A stretch of 64,000 nt of DNA from assembly GCA_951406725.2 (NCBI GenBank), contig OX597818.1:47926001-47990000 (forward strand). Direction: 5' to 3'. The notes below the pieces were generated by a model, which worked only from the letters and a program-made list of their open reading frames with translations, was not told where the DNA came from and ran no database searches. Below are positions 1-12,948 of this stretch, in pieces; within the stretch, counting starts at the first letter, position 1, and the number at the start of each line of letters is the position of its first letter. A program made the translations under genes and the position numbers. The stretch comes from Octopus vulgaris (taxonomy: Eukaryota).

Positions 1-182
1 GAAAAAAGAAAGGAGAGCTTTCTTTTTTCTGTCGAGGGCTTTTATGCCTCTTCATTAGACTATTTTCTTTAGTCATTGCACGGTGATCGCCATAAGCTTT
101 AAGCTTGTATAAAAATACCATTATTATTATTTGCAAGATTGTAAAACCGGCGCCGTATAAAAAAACCATTCGCACCGAAAGC

Positions 183-212
<30 letters not shown>

Positions 213-213
<1 letters not shown>

Positions 214-557
214 TCTTTTACTTGCTTCAGTCATTTGACAGCGGCAATGCTGGAGCACCGCCTTTAGGCGAGCAAATCGACCCCAGGACTTATTCTTTGT
301 GAGGCAGTACTTATTCTATCGGTTGTCAAGCGATGTGGGGAGGGGGGGACAAACACACAAACACACACACACACACACACACGCACACGTATACGACAGG
401 CTTCTTTCAGTTTCCGTCTACCATATCTACTCACAAGGCTTTGGTCGGCCCGAGGCTATAGCAGAAGACACTTGCCCAAGGTGCCACGCAGTGTGACTGA
501 ACCCGGAACCATGTGGTTGGTAAACAAGCTACTTACCACACAGCCACTCCAGCGTCT
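213..557 (-). mobile_element. tRNA-headed SINE family A, internally deleted copy
   Basis: Matches the many other copies in the window; minus-strand A box (TGGCTGTGTGG) and B box (GGTTCAGTC); internal (CA)n; A-rich tail. Confidence 0.85.
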
Positions 558-682
558 ATACATATGCACACATATATGTATGTACGCACTCACATGCATA
601 TAGACCCACGTTTATAGAAACGGGAAAGAGGATTCAATAAAAGTATGACATCGGATGTGTAATTCCTCTGGCGACAAAAGCA

Positions 683-685
683 TAT

Positions 686-744
<59 letters not shown>

Positions 745-749
745 TACAT

Positions 750-780
<31 letters not shown>

Positions 781-785
781 TACAT

Positions 786-816
<31 letters not shown>

Positions 817-988
817 TACATACATACATACATGCATTCATGCATGCATGCATGCATACATACATACATGCATGCATGCATACATACATACATACATACA
901 TACATACATACATACTTACATACATGCATGCATGCATACATACGTACATACGTACATACATACATTTATGCATGCATGCACACACAGA
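683..988. repeat. (CATA)n/(CA)n compound microsatellite
   Basis: Direct reading. Confidence 0.95.
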
Positions 989-999
989 CAAACGTATCT

Positions 1000-1155
1000 G
1001 GTGACTGTGGGATAAAATAATTCGCTTCCTAATTACACGGTTTCGCGTTCAATCCCACTGCGTGGTACCTTCGCAAGTGTTTTCTACTATAGCCCCAGGC
1101 CGAACAAAGTTTTGTGAGTGGTTTTGATAGACGGAAACTGAAAGAAGCCCATCGT

Positions 1156-1156
<1 letters not shown>
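1000..1156 (+). mobile_element. SINE A 5' half, ending at the RTE LINE tail
   Basis: Diverged head and body up to AAGCCCATCGTA. Confidence 0.75.
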
Positions 1157-1187
<31 letters not shown>

Positions 1188-2745
1188 TATCATCATCATT
1201 TAACGTCCGTTGTCCATGCTAGCATGGGTTGGAAGGTTCGACCAGGGTTGGCAAGCTGGAAGGCTGCACCAGACTCCAGTCTGTTTTGGCATGGTTCCTA
1301 CGGCTGGATGCCCTTCCTAACGCCATCCTCCCCGAGAGTGTAATGGGTGCGTTTACGTGCCACTGGCACGGGTGCCATTTGCGTGACCCCAGTATCTGCC
1401 ACGACTGCAGTTGTACTTGGCTTGATGGTTTATCTTCTGAAGCACAGCATAATGGCAAATGAACACGGTCATTGCCTCTGTGAGGCCCAACGCTCGAAAG
1501 GTACTTTTACATGCCACCGGTGACGGAGGCCATTAGCGTGACACCAGTATCTGCCAGATTGCGATTTTACTTAGCTTTATTGGTCTTCTTCTCAAGCACA
1601 ACATTATGTCAAAGGTCTCGGTCATTGCTTCTGTGAGGCCCAACATTCGAAAGGAGCTCAACCACTTTGCCTCCGTGAGGCTCAACGCTCGAATGGTGCT
1701 GTTTTACGTGCCACCTTCACGGGTGCCGGTTACGTGACACCAGCATCAGCCATGACCGCGATTTCACTTGGCTTGACAGGTCTTCTCAAGCACAGCATAT
1801 TGCCAAAGGTCTCGGTCACTAGCCATTACCCCTGCGAGGCTCACAGTTCGGAGCTCATGCTTCACCACCTCATCTCATGTCTTCCTGGCTCTACCTCTAC
1901 TAAAGATTCCCTCCACAGTTAGAGATCAGCACTTCTTTATACAGCTTTCCTCGTACATACGTATCACATTACCATGCCAGCGCACTCGTCTTTCTTGTAT
2001 ACCACATCTAATGCCTCTTACGCCTAACAATTCTCTCAAGATACTTACACTCTGTCAAACATGCACACTGACTTTGCACATCCAGCGAAGCATACTGGCT
2101 TCATTTCTTTCAAGCCTACGCATGTCCTCGGCTGTCACAGCCCATGTTTCACTGCTGTGTAGCATGGCTGTTCACACACAGGCATCATACAATCTGCTTT
2201 TCACTTTGATAGAGAGGCCCTTTGTTGCCAGCAGAAGCAGGAGCTCTCTAAACTTTCCCCAGCCTAATCTTATTCCCACAGCTATGCTCTTGGAGCATCC
2301 ACCTCCGCTACTAACTTGATCACCTAGGTAACGGAAGCCATGGCAGTTGATGAAATCTATTTTCTCTACATTATCAGTATTTATTGTACCTGTGCATCTA
2401 CTACACACAAAAACTATCTTCCCAGCTTGCCTTCCTTTGATATTGCTGCACCTCTTATGTGTCAAAAGCTTACACTGGGTGCATCATACAGAGTTATTAC
2501 CTGCACCATTTCTACGGATCGAACAGGGCCATCTACCTGGAGGGATTTGTGATTTGTCTGCCTTCCTACTGACTAACACTTTGGTTTTTGCTAGGTTAAC
2601 TCTAAGGTCCTTCAATTCTAAACCTTGCTTCTATGCATGGAACTTCTTTAGTTCTGGTAGTGATTCAGCTATAAGAACAAGGTCATCAGCGTAGAGGAGT
2701 CCCAAGGGCAGCCTGTCTTAAATTCCTCTGTTACTACTTGGAGGT
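1157..2745 (-). mobile_element. 5'-truncated RTE-clade LINE (RT C-terminal half, 3' UTR, (GAT)n tail)
   Basis: Minus-strand LLYADDLVLIAES...LRVNLAKTKV...FRYLGDQVSSGGG...GWGKFRELL...VKSRLYDACV with stops and frameshifts; ends GGACGTTAAA(TGA)n; three diverged tandem sub-repeats in 1340-1850. Confidence 0.85.
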
Positions 2746-2749
2746 CTAC

Positions 2750-3400
2750 TTCTGTTTGAGGTATCTCTCTCAGACATGCCTTTAGCCGTATAGTCAGCCA
2801 CTTTCACCATCTATGCTGATGATACGAAAGTATTGCAAGCAATCAAGGACCCTCATGACACCCTAAAACTTCCGAAAAAGAAACTAAAAGCAATATAGAA
2901 ATGGTTTGATGAGAATAGCATGCAGTTCAATGCTGGAAAGTTTGAAACATTCTCCTATCGGCCCACAAATAAATCTAAATACACAGGTCAGAACCTAGTG
3001 CTATCTCAAAGTCTGAATCGGTGCATCACTGAGCATATTACTAAGATGGCAACAGCGTGGAGTGACTGGTTGGGCGCTGAGATCATTCAGAATCAGGAAA
3101 AAGAAATGCTAGCTACTCCCATGGAGAACGTTTGTTCTCAGTCGCCAAGATTTGTGCTCCCAGCTGTGGTCGTCGCAAAGCGTCAAACCAACTATGGAAT
3201 TCGAGACAATCCAATGCCACTTCACTAAAACGATTAATTTGGTGCATCAGATGAGCTAGGAGAGGCTAAAATAACCGAGATTCTGCTCCCTAGAAACTCA
3301 GAAGAAAAAAAAAAAGAAACGTTTGAACAAATTTTTATCGCAGATTCCAGATAAACGCACATCGCGGCAGGAGACACAATGAGCTACTCCACCTCAAACA
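2750..3400 (+). mobile_element. Decayed CR1-group LINE RT fragment
   Basis: SDMPLAV*SATFTIYADDTKVLQAIKD...KWFDENSMQFNAGKFE, typical CR1/L2-group RT domains 5-6. Confidence 0.75.
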
Positions 3401-3997
3401 CTTTTAAATACAGATATTATATTCACATTTACAGTTTTGGAGATAGGTGTAAAGCTAATTTTACATCTTTAGCTAGTTTTCTATGGATGTTCACTGAAAA
3501 AGAGGTTGAGTACGAGATTTCTTAGTCTATTATATGCAAACTACAACTGTATCAGGCTAGTAACGATATACGTAAGTTGTGCATATCTGAAACTTATGGA
3601 ATAATTACGTATACATTAACCAACAAGATAATGTAATAATACGATGTTCACACATGCACTGTATGTCCTTCCTATTCACTGTTAAAATTAATCTATTAGC
3701 TTTAACCTAAATTCATTTTTAAAATTGGTTTCAAATTTTGGTGGGTAAGTCGTTTATCGACACCAAAAGAATGAAAGACAAAATCGCTCTACGGACGAAA
3801 TGTTGCTAAGCATTTTGCCCGCCTTAAATCCACAATTGATATTACTATTACTAGTCAACCCCTGTAGGTCTGCCCCATCTATTTTCTATGTTTCTGTACT
3901 TCTGTCTTGCTTAGTTAGTCTAAATCATAACCAAAATTGTAACTATGCATATGATTAATGTATATCTTTAATCTACTAACAAATTAGCTCTCTCTTT

Positions 3998-4401
3998 CTT
4001 TACTCTTTTACTTGTTTCAGTCATTTGACTGTGGCTATGCTGGAATACCGCCTTTTAGTCGAGCAAATCGACCCCAGGACTTATTCTTCGTAAGCCTAGT
4101 ACTTATTCTATCGGTCTCTCTTGCCGAACCGCTAAGTTACGGGGACGTAAACACACCAACATCGGTTGTCAAGCGGTTGACAAACATCGGTTGACAAAAA
4201 CAGACAGACACACACACACACACATACATACATATATACGACGGGCTTCTTTCAGTTTCTGTCTACCAAATCCACTCACAAGGCTTTGGTCAGCCCGAGG
4301 CTATAGTAGAAGACACTTGTCCAAGATGCCACGCAGTGGGACTGAACCCGGAACCATGTGGTTGGTAAGCAAGCTACTTACCACACAGCCACTCCTACGT
4401 C
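3998..4401 (-). mobile_element. SINE A
   Basis: Full-length match to family. Confidence 0.9.
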
Positions 4402-4829
4402 TGTAAACTTTTCCCATAAATTAGTTATACGATCTCCGAAATGTACCATTGGTTGTCCCTATATCATAACAATAATTAAACAATTAGCTGGAACTTTCGC
4501 GCATTAATAATACAACCAGTTAACGCTAAAATGTAATCCCTTAGTTTATTTCTAGCTCTATGTTTCCTGTCCTTTGTGTTATTTGATTATATCTGATTCC
4601 TCACTTTTTGCTTGTCGTTTCCATTTACATACCTAACTTAACTGTAGCATATCCTTTGGACTGATAGTTGAATAACTTGATAGAATATGAATCGATGTAT
4701 GTATGTGAATATCGTCTGTATATGTATGCGTATGAATACGTATGTGTGTATGCGTATGGGCAAAAAATGATATAGACTAACTTAAACAAAATGTATTCCT
4801 ACTATTTATGAAATTACTATTTTGATGTA

Positions 4830-5329
4830 CCGTAAATCCTCGAGTATAGTCCGCCCTTGAGTATAATACACAGGCGATTTTTAGGGGGATGTACCTCTGA
4901 AAAGCCTAAACCTTGTGTATAATACGCACCCCTTCTCTAACTTGAGTCAAGGAGGTCTATATAACGTCCTTGGTTTGTAAAAATGCATACGGTAACGTCC
5001 TTTATTTTAACATAATGCAAACGTTTAGCTTTTTTGTGCATTTTGTTTGCAGAAAATAAAGAAATAACAGTAATAACGTTTAATAAATGTTGCTTATTGC
5101 AAGTTATGGATGATTCTTTTGTGACTTCATTGCTTTCAGGCTTAGCTTAAGGTATTTTCGAGTCCGACAACACAAAATGTCTCTGAATAAACATTGCCGG
5201 ACAGCAAATAGAGACTCGGACATTACTTAGAAAATATTTTTCATTTTTAACCTCGTATATAGTACGCACTAGGGATTTTGACCTTTAAATTTTAGGGAAA
5301 AAATGCGGATTATACTCGAGGATTTACGG
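4830..5329. mobile_element. Non-autonomous Tc1/mariner-superfamily (Tc2/pogo-like) MITE
   Basis: TIRs CCGTAAATCCTCGAGTATA / TATACTCGAGGATTTACGG, flanked by TA on both sides; second copy at 17829. Confidence 0.9.
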
Positions 5330-5659
5330 TAGATATTTTGTGCGTACGAACCTGTATGTGTGTATGAGCGTGTATAAGTAAATGTATCTACGAATGTGAC
5401 TGAGAAAATTCATATGAAGTGTATGTGTATGTTTGTTTGTATCGTTATCAATGATCTTAGAATGACATTTCCGTCCCACCAAATCAGCCATGCATGAAAT
5501 CCTAAAAGGAATTGGAGTTATCCATCCAAGTATCTATGGTGTAGATTTTATACTAAAACAAATACATTGTTTTTAACCACTCAGACCTCCTGCCTTGATC
5601 TTTTTAACCCTATTCATTTTAATTTTTCTACATGCTTTTTATTCTATTTATTTGCCTAT

Positions 5660-6090
5660 TTACTCTTTTACTCTTTTACTTGTTTCAGTCATTTGACTGT
5701 GGCCATGCTGGAGCACCGCCTTTAGTCGAGCAAATCGGCCCCAGAACTTATTCTTTGAAAGCCTAATACTTATTCTATCGGTCTCTTTTGCCGAACCGCT
5801 AAGTTACGAGGACGTAAACACACAAGCATCGGTTGTCAAGCGATGTTGGGAGACAAACACAGGCACACAAACATATACACACAAACATATACACACACAT
5901 GCATACATATATATATATATATATATACACATATACGACGATCTTCTTTCAGTTTCCGTCTACCAAATCCACTCACAAGGCTTTGGTCGGCGCGAGGCTA
6001 TAGTAGAAGACACTTGCCCAAGGTATCACGCAGTGGGACTGAACCCAGGACCACGTGGTTGGTAAGCAAGCTACTTACCACACAGCCACT
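5660..6090 (-). mobile_element. SINE A
   Basis: Near full-length match to family. Confidence 0.9.
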
Positions 6091-6439
6091 CTATCTATCT
6101 TTTATCATGCGGTTTATTCGTTTACATACTACAGGATGGTCTGCCAGATCTTTAGAAAGAAATCTTAATGATAAACTTTTTTTCCTATTTTATCTTTTAT
6201 TTTAAAATTTTATTGCATTTACTTCATTTCTTTTTTTGTATTCTTTTCTGAATTCATATTTAACTATTGTCCTCACTCCCTAAGCGCACTCCATATATGG
6301 TAATTCTAATATTTTTAAAGAGTGAAATCTGCCGCATACATCTAATGCCTGTGATTATATAATGAAACTGTTTGCCATTTATAGCAGAGTTTGGAGTTTT
6401 AATTTACCATGAAATGTTCTGAGGTGTATGTAACAGCAC

Positions 6440-6442
<3 letters not shown>

Positions 6443-6480
<38 letters not shown>

Positions 6481-7536
6481 CATACAAATATACATACATA
6501 CATACATACATACCTGCATACATGCATACATACATGCATACATACCTGCATACATGCATACATACATGCATACATACATACATACATGCATACATACATG
6601 CATACATACATACATGCATACATACATGCATACATACATACATGCATGCATACATACATACACACATGCATACATACATACATACATGCATACATACATG
6701 CATACATGCATACATGCATACATACATGCATACATACATACATGCATACATACATGCATACATACATACATGCATACATACATGCATACATACATACATG
6801 CATACATACATGCATACATACATACATGCATGCATACATACATACATACATGCATACATACATACATACATGCATACATACATGCATACATGCATACATA
6901 CATACATACATGCATACATACATACATGCATACATACATGCATACATACATACATGCATACATACATGCATACATGCATACATGCATACATACATACATG
7001 CATACATACATGCATACATACATACATGCATACATACATGCATACATACATACATGCATACATGCATACATACATGCATACATACATACATACATGCATA
7101 CATACATGCATACATACATGCATACATGCATACATACATACATACATGCATACATACATGCATACATACATGCATACATACATACATACATGCATACATA
7201 TATACATACATGCATACATACATACATACATACATACATACATACATACATGCATACATACATACATACATGCATACATACATGCATACATGCATGCATA
7301 CATGCATGCATACATGCATGCATACATGCATGCATACATACATACATACATACATACATACATACATGCATACATACATGCATACATACATACATACATG
7401 CATACATACATGCATACATACATATATACATACATGCATACATACATACATACATATATACTACATACATACTACATACATACATGCATGTATGCATACA
7501 CACACACACACATACATAATACACACACACACACAC
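6443..7536. repeat. About 1.1 kb (TA)n-(CATA/CATG)n-(CA)n microsatellite
   Basis: Direct reading; source of the 320-405 aa artefact ORFs. Confidence 0.97.
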
Positions 7537-7657
7537 AACAGGAGTAAATAGACACCCCATAAAACATCGTTTTATGCTTATATTAACTTGAAAATGTTTA
7601 TATTTTTCTATTAATGGACATATTTCTTTTTCAGGTTCTATATGTGACTGTTTAATC

Positions 7658-8196
7658 ATGTCATATACAAAAGATGGTTTGGAACTGTCCGAATTTCAAA
7701 GAATCCGTATTGTCAATCAATCTGAAGGTGGACCTAGTCAGAATAAAATTGCAGAAGACCTTGGGAACCCACATTCTACAGTTAATAGAGTGATTGTGCA
7801 ATTCACCAGGGAGGGCAAAGAGTTCACGTTACCTCGTCCAGGTCGACCAGGGCCCTCTGACAGGACCCTTCGCTTTGTTAAGTGAAGTGTGGAGGATAAT
7901 CCTCGTTGCAAGGTCTCTGGCATAGCAGAACAAGTTGCTGTCAATCCCTGAACATCTGTGAGATATCTCCCCAAACCTGGTTACTATGGCAGAGCCAATA
8001 TCAAGCGGAGAAAAGATTGGGCCAGTGAGATGGTGGAGAGGTCACTAGAATCGGGACACTGTCATATTCCCTTATGAGTCCAAATTTGCTGTATTTTCTG
8101 ACAGTAGTTGAGTGTGGGTCTGGAGACTCTGTGATCAAGAATTTGACGTGAAAAGATTGCAGCCAACAATGAAACTCGGCGGCTATTCCGTGATTG
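7658..8196 (+). pseudogene. Tc1-family transposase remnant
   Basis: ELSEFQR...KIAEDLG..HSTVNRV...PRPGRP (paired-like HTH plus GRPR-like motif), then ESKF...VWVWR...LQPTMKLGGYSV around the first catalytic D; stops and frameshifts. Confidence 0.85.
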
Positions 8197-8217
8197 ACGT
8201 CCTTCCAGACTATAGGA

Positions 8218-8300
8218 TTGGGCAAGGATCTTCTGCTATAGCCTCTAACCGACCAAAGCCTTGTATGTATGTATGTATGTATGTATGTATGTATGTATGC

Positions 8301-8342
<42 letters not shown>

Positions 8343-8562
8343 CATAGTGTCTGAGTTGTTTTTGTGCACCACCACCACTTGACAACCGGTGTCGGTGTGT
8401 TTACACCCCCGTAACTTAGTGGTTCGGCAAAAGAAAACCGATAGAATAAGTACCAGACTAAAAAAAAAAAAGTACTGAGTTTATTCATTCGACTAAAAGC
8501 TTTGAAGGCAGTGCCGTAGCATGGCCGCAGTCTATTGGCTGAAACAAGTAAAAGATAAAAGA
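8218..8562 (+). mobile_element. SINE A, 5'-truncated older copy
   Basis: Body, microsatellite and tail match family. Confidence 0.8.
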
Positions 8563-8572
8563 TATTTATCAT

Positions 8573-8996
8573 AGGCACAGGAGTTGCTGTGTGGTAAGTA
8601 GCTTGCTTACCAACCACATGGTTCCGGGTTCAGTTCCACTGCGTGGCACCTTGGGCAAGTGTCTTCTACGATAGCCTCGGGCCGACCAAAGCCTAGTGAG
8701 TGGATTTGGTTGACGGAAACTGAAAGAAGCCCGTCGTATATGTGTGTATATATATATGTGTGTGTGTGTGTGTGTATATGTTTGTGTGTCTGTGTTTGTC
8801 CCCCAACATCGCTTGACAACCGATGCTGGTGTGATTGCATCCCCGTAACTTAGCGGTTCTGCAAAAGAGACCGATAGAATAAGTACTAGGCTTACAAAGA
8901 ATAAGTCCTGGGGTCGGTTTGCTCAACTAAAGGCGGTGCTCCAGCATGACCGCAGTCAAATGACTGAAACAAGTAGAAGAGTAAAGAGTAAAAGAG
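8573..8996 (+). mobile_element. SINE A
   Basis: Head GGCACAGGAG to tail GTAAAGAGTAAAAGAG. Confidence 0.9.
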
Positions 8997-9028
8997 CTAT
9001 TAGCAACGGAAGCAGCCTTTGTAACGAA

Positions 9029-9783
9029 TATTAATTCGCACTACCAACTTAACTCGGATGAGTTGTTTTAAACGCCATAAGCTGCGGCGATCATCCTCTG
9101 AGAAATCATCTCATTGACTTTAAGTACTAGAAACACACATATTATATCGGTAGACGAAATTTCGTCGGCATTGACGGATGAGAATGTATCGTATGTGATT
9201 TCGGCGTAATATGCTCTTCCTCGGCTGCAGGCAGGCGACCACCAAGTGTAAGACCGAAATACCGTTCAATTAATATATATTTCTTTACTACCCACAAGGG
9301 GCTTAAGCACAGAGGGGACAAACAAGGACAGACAAACGGATTAAGTCGATTATATCGATCCCAGTGCGTAACTGGTACTTAATTTATCGACCCTGAAAGG
9401 ATGAAAGGCAAAGTCGACCTCGGCGGAATTTGAACTCAGAACGTAACGGCAGACGAAATACGGCTACGCATTTCGCCCGGCGTGCTAACGTTTCTGCCAG
9501 TTCGCCGCCTTATTCCGTTCGGCTAATATAGTTTAAGACATACGTGATGTCGCAAAAAGCTGATGGTCTGTGTATAAATTTGCGACAAAAGCAGCTCGTG
9601 GCCGAGAAAGCATAGATTACGCCTAAATCACGTGATACAACAGTCCCATTCGCTGGTGCTGGCGAAAATTCGTCTGCCGATATGATTTGTGCTTTTAATT
9701 AACGTCTATAAGCCACACTGCAGCTTATGGTGGTTAAAACAACAAACAAATCATCCAATTTAATTTGGATGTGCAAATTAATT
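9029..9783. mobile_element. Old fold-back/MITE-like element with about 200-bp imperfect inverted arms
   Basis: 9029-9230 aligns with the reverse complement of 9590-9783 (e.g. CCATAAGCTGC, ATATCGG.AGACGAA.TTTCG, GTGATTT.GGCGTAAT). Confidence 0.7.
9278..9509 (-). mobile_element. tRNA-headed SINE family B
   Basis: Head GGCGGCGAACTGGCAGAAACG, B box GAGTTCAAATTCC, central GCCTTTCATCCTTTC.GGGTCGATAAA.TAAGTACC (resembles the Meta-SINE domain from memory); imperfect TSD around CCGTTC...TAATATA. Confidence 0.9.
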
Positions 9784-9791
9784 TACATATA

Positions 9792-10204
9792 GGCGTAGGA
9801 GTGGCTGTGTGGTAAGTAGCTTGCTTACCAACCACATGGTTCCGTGTTCAGTCCCACTGCGTGACACCTTGGGCAAGTGTCTTCTGCTATAGCCTCGGGC
9901 CGACCAAAGCCTTGTGAATGGATTTGGTAGACGGAAACAGAAAGAAGCCCGTCGTATATATATATATATATATATATATGTACGTGTGTGTATATGTTTG
10001 TGTGCCTGTATTTGCCTCCCCCCCACCAACATCGCTTGACAACCGATGCTGGTGTGTTTACGTCTCCGTTAACTAGCGGTTCGGCAAAAGGGACCGATAG
10101 AATAAGTACTAGGCTTACAAAGAATTAGTCCTCGCGTCGATATGCTCGACCAAAGGCGGTGCTCCAGCATGGCCACAGTCAAACGACTGAAACAAGTAAA
10201 AGAG
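9792..10204 (+). mobile_element. SINE A
   Basis: Full-length match. Confidence 0.9.
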
Positions 10205-10224
10205 TATATATATTTATATCTCAT

Positions 10225-10257
<33 letters not shown>

Positions 10258-10259
<2 letters not shown>

Positions 10260-10382
10260 CGACGAGCTTCTTCCAGTTTCCGTCTACCAAATCCACTCAC
10301 AAGGCTTTGGTCGGCTTGAGGTTATAGTAGAAGACACTTGCGAAAGGTGCCACGCAGAGGAACTGAACCCGCAACCCATGTG
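10258..10382 (-). mobile_element. SINE A 5'-half fragment
   Basis: Match to family. Confidence 0.8.
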
Positions 10383-11044
10383 CCTATCATATTTGCAAAA
10401 CTTTGATTAATCAATCCGAAACCACGACGAAGACGTCCGCCCGATGTGTTATACAGTAGAGAAGCGAAGCGAACTCGTCAACACTTGGTCAGTAGCTGCA
10501 AAGCTGAACGAATCTCTTAAACCACACAACTATACTGCCTATTGTTAGCGACCAGTAAATAGTAATCATAAAGAGTCTATAAACTTCAACACTTCATGTA
10601 CCTAAGCTTGTTATGTAGGTAGGCTGTTCATTTATTTGAATTAATATAAGCTCCTTTATTTCCATACTGCTTTTTGTTGTTCGTTTATTTATTTATTCGT
10701 CATTTTGTATGGCGAAAACTGAATAGAAATTGATATGGAATATGCTACACAAACTCACAAAAATAAATAAAGAAAATATTCCATAAATCAACGACATTTC
10801 TGAACGGACAGGAAATAAATGCAAAAACAGTTGAAATGTGAGAATGACAAGTCAAATCACTCATCGCCAAGACAGCGCCTCCATATGAATTTTGCCGGAA
10901 ACGTTGGTTAAGCCACGCCTTCGTCACTTAACATTTTCTTTGCTTTCTTTTTTTTTTATTTCACTCTTCCCCGTTCTCTCTCTCTCACTCTATATATCTA
11001 TCTCTCTATTTACTTTCTATCGATAGATAACTCGATTTCCTTCT

Positions 11045-11061
11045 CTATCTATCTATCTATC

Positions 11062-11141
<80 letters not shown>

Positions 11142-11250
11142 GTCTGTCTGTCTATCTACCTGTCTGTCTATCTATCTATCTACCTGTCTGTCTATCTATC
11201 TACCTGTCTGTCTATCTATCTACCTGTCTATCTATCTATCTATCTATCTA

Positions 11251-11288
<38 letters not shown>

Positions 11289-11297
11289 CATCCATCC

Positions 11298-11345
<48 letters not shown>

Positions 11346-11362
11346 GTCTACCTGTCTGTCTA
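11045..11362. repeat. (TATC)n/(TGTC)n microsatellite
   Basis: Direct reading. Confidence 0.95.
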
Positions 11363-11459
11363 ATCTCCGTTTATATATAACTCTCCATTTTCTCTCTCCC
11401 TTTCTCGGACTTGTGTCTACTCTCAATATTAAACTTTCTTTCTCTCTCATACTCTTTCA

Positions 11460-12150
11460 CAGTGTCTTTCTCTCTCCCTGTCTCTCTCTCTCTCTTTGTT
11501 TCCATGTTTGCCGCTCTCTCCACGTTTCACTCTCTCTCTCGCTGTCTCTCTCCATCCCTCTCTCTCTCGCTGTGTCTCTCTCCCTCTCTCTCTCGTTGTG
11601 TGTGTGTCTCTCTCTCTCGCTGTGTCTCTCTCCCTCTCTGTCACTGTCTCTCTCTCTCTCTCTCGCTGTCTCTCTCTCTCCCTCTCTTTCGCCATGTCTC
11701 TCTCCCTCTTTCTCGCTGTGTCTCTCTCCCTCTCTCTCTCGTTGTGTGTGTGTCTCTCCCTCTCTCTCGCTGTGTCTCTCTCCCTCTCTCTTGCTGTGTC
11801 TCTCTCCCTCTCTCTCGCTGTGTCTCTCTCCCTCCCTCTCGCCGTGTCTCTCTCACTGTCTCTCTCCCTCTCTCTCGCTGTGTCTCTCTCCCTCTCTCTC
11901 GCTGTGTCTCTCTCCCTCTCTCTCGCTGTGTCTCTCTCCCTGTGTCTCTCTCCCTCTCTCTCGCTGTGTCTCTCTCTCCCTCTCTTTCGCCATGTCTCTC
12001 TCCCTCTCTCTCGCCATGTCTCTCTCGCTCTCTCTCTTTCTTTCTCTCTCTCCCTCTCTCTCGCTGTCTCTCTCTCCCTCTCTCTCGCTGTGTCTTTCTC
12101 TTCCGCGTGTGTGCGTCTCTCTCTTTCTCTCTCTCTCTCTCTCTGTCTCT
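11460..12150. repeat. CT-rich minisatellite, unit about CTCTCTCCCTCTCTCTCGCTGTGT
   Basis: Direct reading; explains the 300+ aa SL-rich ORFs. Confidence 0.9.
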
Positions 12151-12948
12151 TTGCTTCATTTCTTCCATTATTTTTTTCTTTTGCTTATTTTCTTCTATCT
12201 TGTTTCTTCCCTTCAGTCAATCATCTTACCATTTTCCCCCTCCTTTTCTTCATCTCTCTCTATCGCTTTCTCTTTTGCTTCTTGTCACAAATGCCCACCC
12301 CCACCTCCTCTCACTCGCTCTCCTTGTCTCCCTCCTTCTCTCTCTCCCCTCTCGCTCTCCTTTGTTCAACACTCTATCCTTTAGAAAAAGCACCAACAGC
12401 TAACTACCAGTAAATATTAGTTGTACGACGCCGGTAGCAATCACTGACAAGAAGGTTATTGTTGCTAATTTTAATTTAATCCCTCACAACCATTCCACGC
12501 ACTTCACTGGAGAAAAAGCTCAAGCCAATTTTAAGGAAGCCTTTTCGGTTTTGATCGCCTTCACTTGAGCTCTGCCAAATGGCCAAACTTCTGACATATT
12601 TAAACAGATACAGTTGAAACGAAATTAATTAGTTATTCTTTGTAAGGTTTCGCCTCTTTTGCAGGAATATTTCAAGCAAGTAGCATTAAACATTGTCGAT
12701 ATATAACGTCAAAAACTACAGGCTGAAAATAAAAGAGGGACAGTGGTAAAAATATTGGAAGAAGGTGATATAGAGAGGCAAAAAAGGGGTAGAAAAGAAA
12801 GAGGGTAAGCCAAGCGAACGTAAATGGATTAGTTTCAATGACAAATAATGTTTACAAGCTTTTATCAAATATTTCTTCTCTGTTTCTTAGCTGAATCACA
12901 TTGGAATATTTCTGTTTAGAGAACCAACTTTATTTTATACGCTGACAT

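Noticed and set aside
2690-2830. Two YADD motifs back to back as a single bidirectional RT element
   Set aside because: They belong to different clades (RTE minus, CR1 plus); adjacent truncated insertions explain them
4191-4406. Recurrent peptide RRASFSFRLPNPLTRLWSARGYSRRHLPKVPRSGTEPGTMW as a gene family
   Set aside because: Antisense translation of SINE A, with variable starts inside microsatellites
6399-7659. 320-405 aa ORFs in all six frames
   Set aside because: Translation of a stop-free CATA/CATG microsatellite
11411-12413. 300+ aa Ser/Leu-rich ORFs
   Set aside because: CT-rich minisatellite read-through
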